Shown here piece after piece: positions 44,375 through 59,590 of a stretch of 64,000 bases of DNA. A model generated the notes under the pieces. That model was not told where the DNA came from and did no database searches. It was given only the letters and a program-made list of their open reading frames with translations. Position 1 is the stretch's first letter. Every line of letters begins with the position of its first letter. The stretch lies in the NCBI GenBank assembly GCA_025558095.1, contig JAIVFI010000017.1, positions 62,001-126,000 of the forward strand, in the 5' to 3' direction. The stretch comes from Hyaloraphidium curvatum SAG 235-1 (taxonomy: Eukaryota > Fungi > Monoblepharomycota). The position numbers were made by a program, and so were the translations under genes.

Positions 44375-45175
44375 ATGGCGGACGACGAGACGCTTGTGCC
44401 GGGGTCTGCGTGGGCCGCCATGGCGACGGCCACGCTTGCCGGACTTTCAACGGCGATCGGCGGCGGCATCGCGGTGGCGCGAAAGCCGGACGAGGCGGAC
44501 CTCGGGTTCCTGCTCGGCACGGCGATCGGCGTGATGAGCACCGTGTCGCTCGAGCTGTGGGCATCCAAGGCGTGGGACCGCGGCGCGCTCGCCGTCACCG
44601 CCGCCGTCGCGCTGGGCGCCGCCGCCTTCGCGGCGCTGGACAAGGCCGTGCCGGCCGTCGAGGACATCGAGGAGTCGCTGCTCGAGGGCAAGGAGCCGCT
44701 GGCCACGGGCCGCCTGCGCAACCCCGCCGCGCTGCTGCGCCTGGGCCTGCTCATGGCCCTGACCATGACGCTGCACAACCTGCCAGAGGGCATCGCCGTG
44801 GCCTTCAGCTCGGGGACGGACATCGGGCCAGTCATCGCGATCGCCATCGCGATACACAACATTCCAGAGGGCGTGATCGTCGCCCTGCCCATCTACGCCG
44901 CCACCGGCTCGGCCGCCAAGGCCATCGGCCTGGCCACCCTCTCGGGGCTCTCCGAGACGCTCGGCGCCGCCCTCGCGCTGTTCGTCCTGCGGCCTTTCGT
45001 CTCGACGCTGACACATCTGGACTACGTGCTGGCCGCCGTGGGCGGGGTCATGCTGGCCGTGTGCGTGCTGGAGCTCTGGCCCGAGGCCAAGCGGTGCCGC
45101 AGACCGACAGAGACGTTCTACGGGATCGCGGCCGGGGCGCTGGTCATGGGCGTGACGCTGTGGATTGGTATCTGA
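44375..45175 (+). CDS. ZIP-family (ZupT/GufA-like) metal transporter
   Basis: TLHNLPEG and AIHNIPEG signatures; multiple TMs; intronless. Confidence 0.92.
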   Translation: MADDETLVPGSAWAAMATATLAGLSTAIGGGIAVARKPDEADLGFLLGTAIGVMSTVSLELWASKAWDRGALAVTAAVALGAAAFAALDKAVPAVEDIEESLLEGKEPLATGRLRNPAALLRLGLLMALTMTLHNLPEGIAVAFSSGTDIGPVIAIAIAIHNIPEGVIVALPIYAATGSAAKAIGLATLSGLSETLGAALALFVLRPFVSTLTHLDYVLAAVGGVMLAVCVLELWPEAKRCRRPTETFYGIAAGALVMGVTLWIGI

Positions 45176-45259
45176 TTCCACCTGTACATTTCGCGGTATC
45201 TCGAGACAGACTATACCCGACTTTGACCGAGACAAAGAAACGAAGCCTCCGCAACGACC

Positions 45260-48200
45260 TCAAATCTGCAGGTCCGTGACGTGCCCGTCCGCCAACAACC
45301 GGAGCGAACGCTCCGAGGTGAACTCCAGGCGCACGTTCTGCCACGCGTCGCCCCTGGGACTCTGCGGCTGCGCCGCCTGGACCGATAGGAATTTGGAGGG
45401 CCGGATCGGCTTGAGCGCGCCGCCCGCGGCCGCGCCGCCCGAGAGCAGGCCGAAAAAGCCAGAGGAGAGGGAGTAGACGAGGATGGCGTGGTCCTCGGCG
45501 GAGTGGGAGGCGGCCATGCGGCCGGAAGGGGAGAATGCGACCGCCGTCACAGGTTTGTCGTGGCCCTGCGAATGAAGGAAACCCGTAAGCTCATATTCAT
45601 TGAGCGTGCGGTTGTGGCGTCCTACCTCGAGGACCTGGAATCGTTGACCCGTTTTGAGGTCAAACACAACGCACGGGCCGTCCCAGTCCCCGCAGATGAG
45701 GCGCTGCGAGATGCCGTGGAACGACACCGTGGGGTACGTCTTGACGAGGTCGTGCAGCGCCGCCGTGACAAACTCGAGGAGCGCCTCACGGAGCTGGGGG
45801 TTGTTGGGCTCCAGGCACTTGATCACGCCCTCGACGATTCGGAGCAGGTGAGGCAGGAGAAGCACGGGTTTCTGCGGCGTGCCTGTGAGACAAACTGCGT
45901 CGGCCCGACCGACCGAGACTACCTTGTGGACAAACACCGAAAGAAGCCTCAGCGAACCCTTGCGCTCCTCCACCGTCTTGGCGTGGGTCAAATCGAGCAC
46001 CAGCGTCTGGACAAAGACCGCAGTGCTCGAGGTCGCAATGGAAAGGATGGCCTGCCGCGCCATCTGCTGCACGGCGGCGGGCTGAGAGGGTGCCGGAACC
46101 GCCGAAGCAGACGACGGCGATCCGGTGGCAGGGGGAAGGAAGCCGGCCAGCTGCTCGAGGAAGCGAATGAGGCTCGTGGCGCTGATGTGGGGTTCCCAGG
46201 CCGAGAACCCGCGCCCGAGCAGCTCGAGCGCGGTGACGCGGAACCCCGTGGTCTTGCCCTCGCCAGCCATCGTGATGAGCGCGCCGGAAACCTCGCCGCA
46301 GATGCGGGAGTCCATGGCGGCGCCCTCGGCCGAACCCAGGATCGCCAGGATGACGGCGGCCCGGGAGGAGTCCGCCGACGATTGGGGTTCCCGGCTGACG
46401 AGTTTGGCGTACCAGTACTGAATCGCACGTTCCCTGGTTTCCGGGGTCCATTTGGCGATCGTCGCCCGGAAAAGGCTGCGTGCAGCCTGCTGCACCTCGG
46501 CTACCCAGAAGATGAGAGCGGACCACATCGTTAGCGAAAGAGTGTACTCACGGATCGGATCCTGCCAGAACTTGACAAGGTAAGCAAGAGATGCAGGGCG
46601 GAACTTGGGGCCGACGAGATCGGGAAGCAGCACGCCATAGTGCGTGATGATGGCAGCAATCTGCTCCTCAAAACCAAGGCCTTTTAGGTGTGCTTCGGCG
46701 GTTTGTGACTAGGCATCTACGGCGCTCAGCGGTGTTTTGCTCACCTTCGGAGGACAAGACGGAGCGAATCAAAACGAGGATGTTCAGGATCCTGGAAGCG
46801 GTGACGAAGTTGGACACAGTCCATTCGCCCTTCCCGTGAGGCAGGCTGGGCGAGAAACATGTCCAGAAGTCGCCGGCTCTGTGCCACACATTGAGTCTCA
46901 AAATGAAGAGATGTGACGCTGTACTGCACCCACCCTTTGAGCGCCAGCGCGAGATCTTGGGGAGGGAGCGCCAGATCCAGCTTGTCCACGTACATGGCGT
47001 CCAAGGCGGCATCCATTTCCCAGCTCAGCGATGCCGAAAGGATGGCGTGGATGAAGGCCTCGTCCGCTGAGGCACCCCCCGCGTCGCTTGCCTCGCTCGG
47101 GGTCGCCCTTCCCGGAGACGCTCTTCCCGGCGAACTCCGGCCGGCGTAGTCGAGCAGTCCTTCGGGAATGGCAAGCAGACGCTGGTTACCGAGCGTAGAA
47201 GGTGGGGTCTTCGGAGGCGCCAAGTCGCTGCCCGCTTCCGGCTTTGCTTCCGATCCCGGCGTCGCAGACGCCGGCAAACCGCGGTCGGCAACCTTTCCGT
47301 TCAAGGAGCTCGTGCTTGGGATGCGGCCGGCAAAGTGGCGTTTCCCGCGGTGTGCGTCGCGACAAAGCGCCTTGACGTTTGCCGAAACTAGCAGCAATGC
47401 GATCCCTTCACCTGACGGTGCTTCGTTAGACAAGCGATGCAGCTTTGTGGAAAAGCGTTACCTCGTCGAGTGGAACGGAAAGGAAGAGCCATGACGGTTT
47501 GGTCGGAAGCGGCTTCGGCTGCCGCCTCCGCAGCGAGCGTCGTGAATCTGATCACAGCAACGTTCGATCGATGCGAATGGGCCTACATGGCTAGGCACAT
47601 ACCTGCTTTTCTGGTCGCAGGTCGCCAAGATGTTCTGAGCCACGTCGCCAAACTCCACTCGATCAAGATGACCCGACTTCAAGGACCAGACGTAAAGCTC
47701 GCCTCCCTTGGTCTCGACGCACATGTAGGCATCCTCCGGTCGAAAAGATATGGACTCGATTTGCCCTTGGTGACCGCTGAAGGTGAAGAGGCTGCGGCGG
47801 GTTCACGCACGTCAACCGAGATCTCGAGATACGCAACCTCCAACCGATGCCCACGCTTTTGTCTCCTCGAGGTCCATTAGCACGATGCTGTCGTCGTCCG
47901 CAATGCTGCACGCAAGCCGCGAATAGCGCGGCAGAATCTGCCTCGGCGGTCGGAAAAAGGCAACTACGGATTCCACGTGGCATTGGAAAGTCCCGAGGAC
48001 GTCCAGGGAAGCCAAATCCAGCGCAAGCACCCTCCCATCAGCGAATCCCGCAAGCAATAGATCATCCGCACCCGACGCCGTCGTCATCTCAAATAGAGCC
48101 GTCACCCGAACGGCATGTGTCCGTGAATCCCGGCATTGCCAGGTGGGGCCATAATCCCCGAGTGGCTCAAGATTCAGCCCGGTGCGATAGAATACAGCTG

Positions 48201-50181
48201 ACAGAGGCGCAATCCGGACCGTTCCGTCATCTGCGACAACCTCGGTCAAAGTATGCTCCCCATGCGGCAAAGAACGTACCGTATCCCAAGGCAACAATTT
48301 CGGTTTTGAGAAGACAGGCGGCGGTGACGCGAGCCCCCGGAGTCCTAGGTGGCCAGCAGTGCTCAAAGAACCGTGATCCTGTGGAGATCATGAGCGATAT
48401 TCGCGATCAATAAACCAACGAAGCCCACGGAAGTAGGATTCAAGACGGCGCGGACCGTCTGGCATTGTGGTGGGGACCTGATCTCCAAGATCACCTATTC
48501 TCCAACGGAACGAATAGACGTCCATAGATTCGGTCGGCACAGACTTGAAGCATAGAAGGGACCAACATTGATGAACAGAGTCGCCGGCGGCTGTCCGTAA
48601 AGCGCATGACACGGTGTCATCGTCATCGTTGGTCACGGGGAACGACGGCAGAACCTCCTGCTCCGGCAGCAGAAGGTCGGCGACGACGTGCCTGTGGCTG
48701 ACGGGGAGATCAGAAGGGTTGGTGACTGATCCGACGCTGTCCTCACTGGTAAGAACGCTCATCCAAGGATCGTCGCCCCTGGCTGGCAATCTGCAACATC
48801 GGTCGAGGTGATTGGCCGCCAGCGCTGTCCTCCAGCAGCATGTTGGTTAATGGAAGCTCGGGGCCGAAGCTGTAGATCTGGCCGGTGCCGTTCTGTGCGC
48901 GGGATGAGAATGAGAAAACAATCTCCCGAGCGCATCTCAAAGCGCCCACAAAGGTCCACAGCACAACGACTCCTTTGTCCACTTGTCGTACTCCTGCCCA
49001 ACTCCTGCCCTCCGGTGCGGGGATGGAACACAGGAAACGAAGCGTGCGGTTCGATTCGATCTCGAACACCTGCAGAGAAACGAATCAGCGAAAGTCGCGG
49101 AGCAATCAACGGTCCAACTCGCCGCGCAGGCTTTCTTGGATAAGACGAAAACTGTGCGATTGTTGGTACCGCCTGCAACGATACTGTGGGACTGGGTCCA
49201 GCCGGGGAAATCGACGGTGAAAGGGTCGGCCAGATCGCCTGTGAAGCGAAAAGAATCCTCGTCGAAAAGTGACACGCGGACTTGGTTGGAAAACGTAGCG
49301 GAGACTATGATAGCGTTTTGCGGTACGTCTGCGGATGAAGAGTAATCGGGCAGTCAACGGGCCGTAACGAGAATGCCCACTACACCAACCCGAAGGGAGA
49401 ATAAGGAACGTCGAAAGCCAGTCCTCATAAAGATTGAGTACTTGAACAACCTGGAGTGCGACGTTCCAGGCTCGCTACAAGGTCGTGCTCGCGAACGCTA
49501 CTCACGTGGAAAGTTGCCACGTCGAGGACGACGATCTCGTTTGCTTGGCCGCAAATGAGCACATGCTTCCCCAAGGGAGTAACCTAGTGGCATTTCGGTA
49601 TCATGGAGCAGAAACGGAGCTTCTGAAACGCCCAAACCAACCTGCGCCGCTGTTGGTCTCCCCGGGAAGCAGTTTGCTCGACTATGGAGGCAACGGCCGT
49701 CGAACAGGTCCCAAAGAGCGACATCCCTGTTTCATAAAATGGCCATAGGTTCAAAATGAGACGCGCTCCTCGGTTCCGGGCATGTTGCCGGCCCACCCGT
49801 CGTCGGAACACGATAGGATTGCATTCTCCCCCGCATCGCCCAGTTCGTCCACCACCTCGGCTTCGATTCTGCACAACTCCAGCACAGAAACAGGCGATCG
49901 GTGGCCTAGCAGCTTTAGCCGGGGCACGAGCTGCGAACCCCGTCCGAGTAAGCGGAGCATCCTGGTCCGTCCTTGAGCTCACACACCCTCATTCCGGAAC
50001 CGCTCTCGGGTCCCGTTCCCGAATCGACGCCCTTCGTTCCATTGTCTGCAAACTCCAAGATCCATATGCTAGCGTGGCTCGTCGCCGCAACGACGAGACG
50101 CGAATCGCGAGACGCGACCACGCGCGTGAACGAGGGGTCGTCGTAGGTGAACCATCGCGCGAAAGACGCGATGAGAGACAT
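45260..50181 (-). CDS. WDR7/WDR72 (rabconnectin-3 beta)-like WD40 protein, many introns
   Basis: PRLKLLGHRSPV; LLLAGFADG; ACSIADD; LYVWSL..GHLDR; LVKFWQDP; YPTVSFH...QRL; GHDKPVTAVAFSPSG. Boundaries approximate. Confidence 0.8.
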
Positions 50182-50294
50182 GCTCAGGCGTGATCGTGGC
50201 TCTCTAGAGCGGCCATGTCGGCTGCTACTCCAGGGGCGGAGTGTTGGTCGCCGGTCGAGCAGCCGCAGGCCCTTCAAACGCAAACCGTCCGAAT

Positions 50295-51747
50295 CTATTG
50301 GTCACGCAGATCTGTTGGAGACGCCAAAGGCGCCGAAGCTTCCACCTCCAAAGGATGGAAACTGCCTCTGGCCACCCTGAGCCGCCGCTGCGCCAGTCCC
50401 TCCAGGGGTTCGGAAGCTAAAGTTCCGCTGCTGGCCCCCGCCGTGGCCCCCTGGTTCGACGGCGATCTCACATCAGGACTCCTGACTGGGGCCAGACGCA
50501 ATGCAGAACTTACCGTTGCTTCGTCCCTGATTGCCGAACCCGCCACCGGGGAACCGTGGGGCGCCGATCGGCTGCTGTCTCGCGGCCGGGGTGTCGTTGA
50601 ACATCTGCCCGCCCGGGTCTTCTGCGGACCCCAAGCCCAATCCCCGCTGTCCGAAAGACGCCTGATGCTGCCTCGAAGCCCCGTGGCGACCATTGTTCGC
50701 ATTCTGATCGCCAATCCCAAAGGCACCGCCGAACTGCCTTGGCTCGTTGCTTCCCGGCCCCGCACCGAGGGTGCCGTCGCCGGCAGCAAAGGAAGGCTGA
50801 TGAAGCAGAGTCTTCCGCTTGAGCGCATCGTAAACTTTCTGGAATGCGCGACGCGGTCAGCGCTCAATGATGCGATGACGGGCGCCGCTCACCTGGAGAC
50901 GTTGGAGCTGCCTCGTCTTTTCCTGCAACTGCTCCGCGACGTCCAAGGATTTCCTCTTTTCGAGCTCGTAGTCCTTCTCGTATGCCGAGAGCTTCTCCCT
51001 GAGCTGGTTTATCTCGGCATTGGCCTCGCGCACGACCCCGGAAAGCCGCCGATCGGACTCGCTGAGCCGTTCTTCGAGCTGTCGGTACGTGATCTGGAGG
51101 TAGGCGTACTCCTGGGTCTGCTGGTATCTGCTCACAGCGTCACCAAGACGAAATCCGTGGTGTGAAACACCAACGTGTAGAAAGACAGCGCGCGGCTGGC
51201 GATGTCAAGGATCGTCTCGGGCTTGAGCGCCGCCAGAATGCTGGACTTCCACTCCTCAGACGGCTGAAGCTCCACGAACACAATAGAATCAAGTTCCGTC
51301 AAGGAAGACTCGCAGGCCGGGCAAACGAGAGCTTGGCTGAAGCTCGCCGTGGCGCAGTCAACGCAGAAGAGATCTGAACCGTCGGCAGACAAAGCCAGCC
51401 GTTGAATGGCGTTCACAGATTCGTTCGCGAGCCAATGAAGCAAAGATTCCGGTCAAGCGTCGGTCGGCAGGCGATCGAGCCAGGAATCCGGAAGATCGAA
51501 CGCCGACGGTTGGGGCGGTCCCGGCGTCCCGGTCCACACCGTGCCGATCAAAGGCGAGGTCAGGAAAGGCTCCGAGGCTCTGTACAGGCGAAAACTAACG
51601 GGAACATGTGGTTGCGACCGCCCTCGAGGTGACAGGCCTCCTGCAGCTCAGCGCGTTGCACCTGCAAGGGGTCCGGCGGCGTCGGCGTCCGGGCACGCGT
51701 CCCGGCGTGTCCTGCGCCGCGACCCACTTCAGAGTGAAGTCGGACAT
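50295..51747 (-). CDS. HEI10: Meiotic RING E3 ligase HEI10/CCNB1IP1
   Basis: Spliced MSDFTLK-CNALSCRR...AVATTCS-HLFCVDC...CPACESSL...L.PSEEWKSSILAALKPE.ILDIASRALSFY-YQ..QE, then a coiled coil. 3' end approximate. Confidence 0.88.
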
Positions 51748-51914
51748 TGCGACGTGCCTCTTGACGGCACGAGAGCGGCGTTTTGCGCGACGCGGTGGGT
51801 GCGGACACGCCACGGGGCGCAATAGCGAAACTGATGATCGAAGGCGGGCACGCGACACGCAAGTGGAGTTCGCTGAGTGAAACTCCGTGCACCCCTTCCC
51901 CGCCGGCACGCGCG

Positions 51915-53477
51915 ATGCGGCCGCTGATGGCCATCGCTCGGGCAACCGCCCGGGTGACTGAGCCAGGCGGGCCCGGCGGAGGGGGCCTGCGCCTCTTCCG
52001 TGCCAAGGGCAAGCCGAAAGTCGTCACCACGCAGCAGCGGGCCCTCCGCGAGCACCATGCGGCCCTGCCGCAGCAGTCCCGCGCGCTTGAGATAACTCTC
52101 CCGCTTCGGAGCTTCACACGGGCTAAGGTAGGCGGCCCCCTCGGCACGTGGGGAGAGAAAGCTCACGCGTGTCCAGTTCCCTGCCCTTGCGGCAAAGTTC
52201 GGCAACTACAAGGCAATCCACACTGCCGCGGGGCATTCGGCGCGGCTCTTCCGCCCATTTCCCGATGCGGCGGCCCGGCTCAAGACCGGTCGATCGATCA
52301 AGCCTCTGGGTGGATTCGCCGTGACGTCGTCGCCGCTGAGTGCCGTGTTGGGGTACACCCCGGCCTTGCGCCCTGGAGTGCCGGCGGTCGGCAGGATGGC
52401 GTTCTCCACCGTGGCTTCCATCGCCCGTGCGCGCTTCGCATCTGATGCGACCGCCACGTACGGTTGGGCCAGATACGGTGCCCTCGGTCTTTTGCTTCTC
52501 TCCAACGACGAGGAAGAGTCTGTCGCGAAGGCCGATCTCCGCGTTCCGACCTCCAAGCGCTCGTCTGCAAAGAAGGCGAGGGCCGTTGGCGGGAGCAAGA
52601 AGATTCAGAAGACTCAGCGCAAGGTCTGACGGGAGCTTCGTCTGCCTGGGCTCCAACTCACAACGACCGTAGGCTACTCCCTCCAAGTACTTCGGGATGG
52701 TCCGCGGCGCCGCTCAGCTGCGTGCGACCGCGCGCAAGGTGTCCTACCAGGACCTGATGCGTCAGGTCGCCTGGCGGTCCCTCCAGGAGTCGACGACTAC
52801 TTTGTCCATCGCGCTGTATTCCTACGCAGCGTGGGACCTCGAAGGCTTTGTTCCGACGTCGATGCTTTGGAGCAACGCCCAAGGGACCGTCCCAGTCACT
52901 GCGCACGCGATCGATTGCCTGCGTCGAGCTCTTGACCAGGACGGCACCATTTCGAAACTGATCACGGTCCTGGATGCGTTCTCGGCGTCCGGCGAGGTCA
53001 ATGATGCGTTTGTGGAGATCGGCGACGGAGGAGGTGGGCAGACTTCACTATCACGTGCTAAACTGGTTTGACGCGATCGCTTCGGCAGAAATCACCCTCA
53101 AGTTGCTCTTCCCCGGACTATCTGTGGCAGACTTGCGGCAGAAGCTTTCGATGCTAGGTCTGGATCCCGACGACCATCTTTTCGAGATCGGTTTCGGTGC
53201 TTCGTCACCGGACCGGGGATCTGTCAAAGGCCAAGATCAGCTCCAAGTCATCGTCATCCCTCCGGGCCCGCCCCAAGAGATGCACTTCGACGACGAATGG
53301 GATTCGAGATCGACTTCAAGCTCCACCTATTCGTCGAACCTGGATTCCTGGATGCAAGTGCCGCCGTCGGAGCTCCGGGAGCTTTTCGGCCAAGTCGAGA
53401 TGGAGGAGCCGTTCATCTTTGATGGAGATCTTGGCGAGGATGCAGCGTGGGGAGAGGATGCGCTGTCAGACGAGTGA
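51915..53477 (+). CDS. Uncharacterised multi-exon protein
   Basis: Chain of protein-like ORF segments (51915-52130, 52340-52620, 52697-53030, 53090-53477) separated by GT..AG gaps; no family recognised. Confidence 0.4.
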
Positions 53478-53508
53478 CTTGTAGTGACATGATGCGGAAT
53501 ATGCATTA

Positions 53509-53574
53509 CTTTTCCCGGTCAGTTCGGGCAAGAGCATCTTCCCGCAGCGGGTCGAGGTGCGCTGGGCCGGCGGC
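53509..53574 (+). repeat. 66-bp duplicate of PLK4 exon-1 end and donor site (copy at 53702-53767)
   Basis: CTTTTCCCGGTCA(G/A)TTCGGGCAAGAGCATCTTCCCGCAGCGGGTCGAGGTGCGCTGGGCCGGCGGC, one mismatch. Confidence 0.95.
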
Positions 53575-53647
53575 ACAGGTGAAGATCTGATGGCCGAACT
53601 CCTCATGGGATCAGCCCCACCCGACGCTTCGAATCTTTCGCACTTCA

Positions 53648-56450
<2,803 letters not shown>

Positions 56451-56454
<4 letters not shown>

Positions 56455-59400
56455 TTTCCCTTGCGCTTAGCGAAGAATAGGAGGTACGCGTCGTCCAACG
56501 GGATCTTTTCCGCCTGAACCACCTTGTTGTCGTTGAAGAGTGCCCAGCCGTCGCCAGACTTGACGTGCGCCACGTAGTGTCCGGCATGAACAGACGTGCC
56601 CTTGTGGTTAATGAAAGCCAGAAGATCGTAGACGGCGGGCCTGGTGTCGTCTACGTCCGCCGCCGCGGCGGGTTCAGCGGCATCCGCTCCCGGGTCGCCA
56701 CCGTCGTCCGGATGATTGAAAAGCCACTCGACTGCCCGCTCCACGTTGTTGGACTGCAAAGCCGTTCAGCAGTGACAAGAGGAGACAGTGTAATGAACCC
56801 ACCGTCTCCCTCAACGCGCGCTTCGCATGTCCCTCGCTGAAGCCCATGTCTTTGAGCATGTCGACGTCGCCTTGGTTGAAAGCGCCTCCGCCGCCGCTCT
56901 CGTTTTGCTCCGGAATCGGGTCGTCCACATCTGGGGTCGCCACCCGATTAACACGGTTGATGGAGGCATCGAATGGAAACGCTTACCTGTAGCATCCATG
57001 TGCTCGAAGATCCAGTTTGTCGCAGCATCAATTCCAGAGTTGCCCGTGTTGATTATAGCCCTCTTGCACCGATTCTCGGAGAATCCCATGGCCAGAAGCT
57101 GGTTCAAGGTATCTTGATCGATGGCCGGCCCCGCAGACGGCGCAGCGTCCTCTGGCAAGGCATCTTCACCGTCCTGGAGGGCCCTTCCGCGCCAAGCTTC
57201 CATTTCCAAGGAGGTCTGGGGCACCGAGACGGGTACAACAAGCTTCCTGGGCACCCAGTTCTCCAACTTGAACCTCTGGAGCTGCAAGACGAGGATCTCG
57301 GGGAACGTTGCGAAGGAAAAGGACCTGCGAGGGTCAGCGTCCGCACACGGCCCTGTCACGCTGAACCTACTTTGCAGCGGTGGTCGTCGCTTGACAGCGC
57401 GGACACTTGAACTCGACCACTTCCGGTGCTGTCATGAGATCCAGGCATTCGCTCAACAAGACTTCCTCGAACTCCTCGCCAGCACCGTCTTCCTTCTTCT
57501 TGCGGAGCGGTACAGGTACGTCCACGAGGGTCTGTGACGTTTTCGACACGCGCGCGCCCGCGCAGTTTTGGCACTGTAGCTTCTGCTGCATTTGGAACTT
57601 GAACACCCGGGTCGGATCGACGTTGTTGGGACGCTCCTTCATTTCCACGATCTTGAGCAAATGCTGCAGGAACTCGCCCGCGTCCTGCAACGGAGAGCTT
57701 TGTGTCAGGGCGCCTTAGGAGTGGAAACCGAGTGCCGCACCTGCTGCCGCATGGTGGAGAACTCCGCGTGATCCTTTCCGATAAGCTCCTTGAACATGGA
57801 AGGCGCGATGCCATCCTGGCCGTGGATTTCTCCGTCGCTTGATTCGGTCGGGAACGAGTAGCGCCCGCTGGCAAGACCGTCGGCGATCTTTCCCATTTGG
57901 CAATGGAAACACTGTCCGTGTCGGTTGTGGCAGACTAAAGGATGTTGGCTCGCCACCTCAAGGTATCTGCGACGACAGTCGTCAGCAAAGAGGGCTGCCT
58001 GCACTCGGGAACGGACCTGTTCGATATGTCGTCAATATGGAACACCGCTTGCAGCACAGATGCCATGTAGCAACTGCAGTGGCGTTCGCAATGAGACTGC
58101 TATAGCCGGTAACGATGGCAGGCCAAAACGAACTCACCTGTTCCCAAGATTCTTCAGGCCAGTGTAGCCGGGACCGAAAAGCGGTTCCAGCTGCTTCCCG
58201 TCTTCCGTGGTCATGCTGAAGTCGAACTTCAGGTTTTGCTCCAGTTGCTGATGCAGTGGTCGTCAGCCTTTCGTGCTCCAATGTCACGAGGCTGACCGCA
58301 CCAGTTCCGCCATCGACTTTTCAGTCTTCTGCTGCGTTCCCACTTCAATGCCGAAAGTCGCGAGATGCTGCGCCAAGTTAGAATCCAACACTCCGTCGTC
58401 ATCCAGATAGCAGTAGAGATCTGTTAGTCACGCCGGTTAGTCCGTGAACTCGGCGGCTCGATCATCGCGCGCCGGGAACCCACCGGCAGTTCCTTCGGGA
58501 GTGATCGTGCCCAGCTTGCAGGACACTGGATGGCCGGTTGCTTCAAAGTGGGCGATCCCATGGCCATTCCCTCCGCTTCCGTCGTACTGCTTGCGCCCAC
58601 AGCCGACGTTGCCGCACGTCAGGCACAGCCATAGGTTGTTCTTCAGCTCGCAATCGTTGCAATGATCTGGCGGACGTGTGAGACCACTTGCAAAACGCAT
58701 AGTGCCGGCCCCCGTCAACGGACCCAACACTTTGCCGCCCGAAGTCTGAACCAGCGACCGAGTGTGTGCGCACTCTTTCGTTTCCTCCTCCCATGCTTTG
58801 ACTTCCGACTGCTTCTTTGCTGACATCGCAGATAGGACGCCAGTCACCGTGCCCGCGATCTGACGAATTGATCACAACGTGAGCGGCCGGGGCGAGGGAG
58901 TAGGTTTCAACCCACATTCGGGTGAGTCTTGTCGACGACGATGCCGCACGTCAGGCACTTTGCTTCAGTCACGAAATCGTAGAGCTCTTCTTCCGGCTGC
59001 TCGACGATGACGAGCTTCGCCATCTTCTGAGGCGGAGGATTATCGTCCTATGCCGCAAATCAGCTGGAGGTCTGCCGTAGCGTGGAGCAATCCTCCGTAC
59101 CCTCTTCGGCTTCGGCACGCGCTTGATGTTTAGGACCACGGGATGCTGCATGTTCTTGGCGTGGAGGGAGCCGTGGTTCCGCTCGTTCTCCAGGCACCCT
59201 CCATTGAAGCACGTCAGACAGACATCGACCCCCTGGCTCAGATCCTGGTTCGTGGCACGCCCAGATCGCGGTCCGTCAGATCAGGCACACTGCAGAATCA
59301 CGATGCGACACGGACCTGCGAGTCAAAGCATTGCTGTGGAGCAACGTTTCGTTCCTTTAGCTACCCTGAACGCGTCGGCCACGGAACGGCCGCCTACCGT

Positions 59401-59475
59401 GCACTCCTCCTTGTAGACCGGAGTGGACAGCGTGGGCGGACTGAATCGCTGCTCTGCGATGTGTGGGCAGGCCAT
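56451..59475 (-). CDS. UBP14: Ubiquitin C-terminal hydrolase 14 / USP5 (isopeptidase T), many introns
   Basis: VYKEECT; ZnF-UBP NLWLCLTCG.VGCGR...GGNGH; KLGTITPEG; GYTGLKNLGN; UBA domains; HKGTSVHAGHYVAH...FNDNKV. Confidence 0.95.
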
Positions 59476-59590
59476 GTCTCCCGCCAGACGACAAGAATGT
59501 AATGCCGGCAGCCTGCACGATCTGTGTCTCTGGGCCTGTCTCAAAAGCTCAAAAGCTGCGTCTCAAAACTCCGGCGTGCCGCCCTGGAGA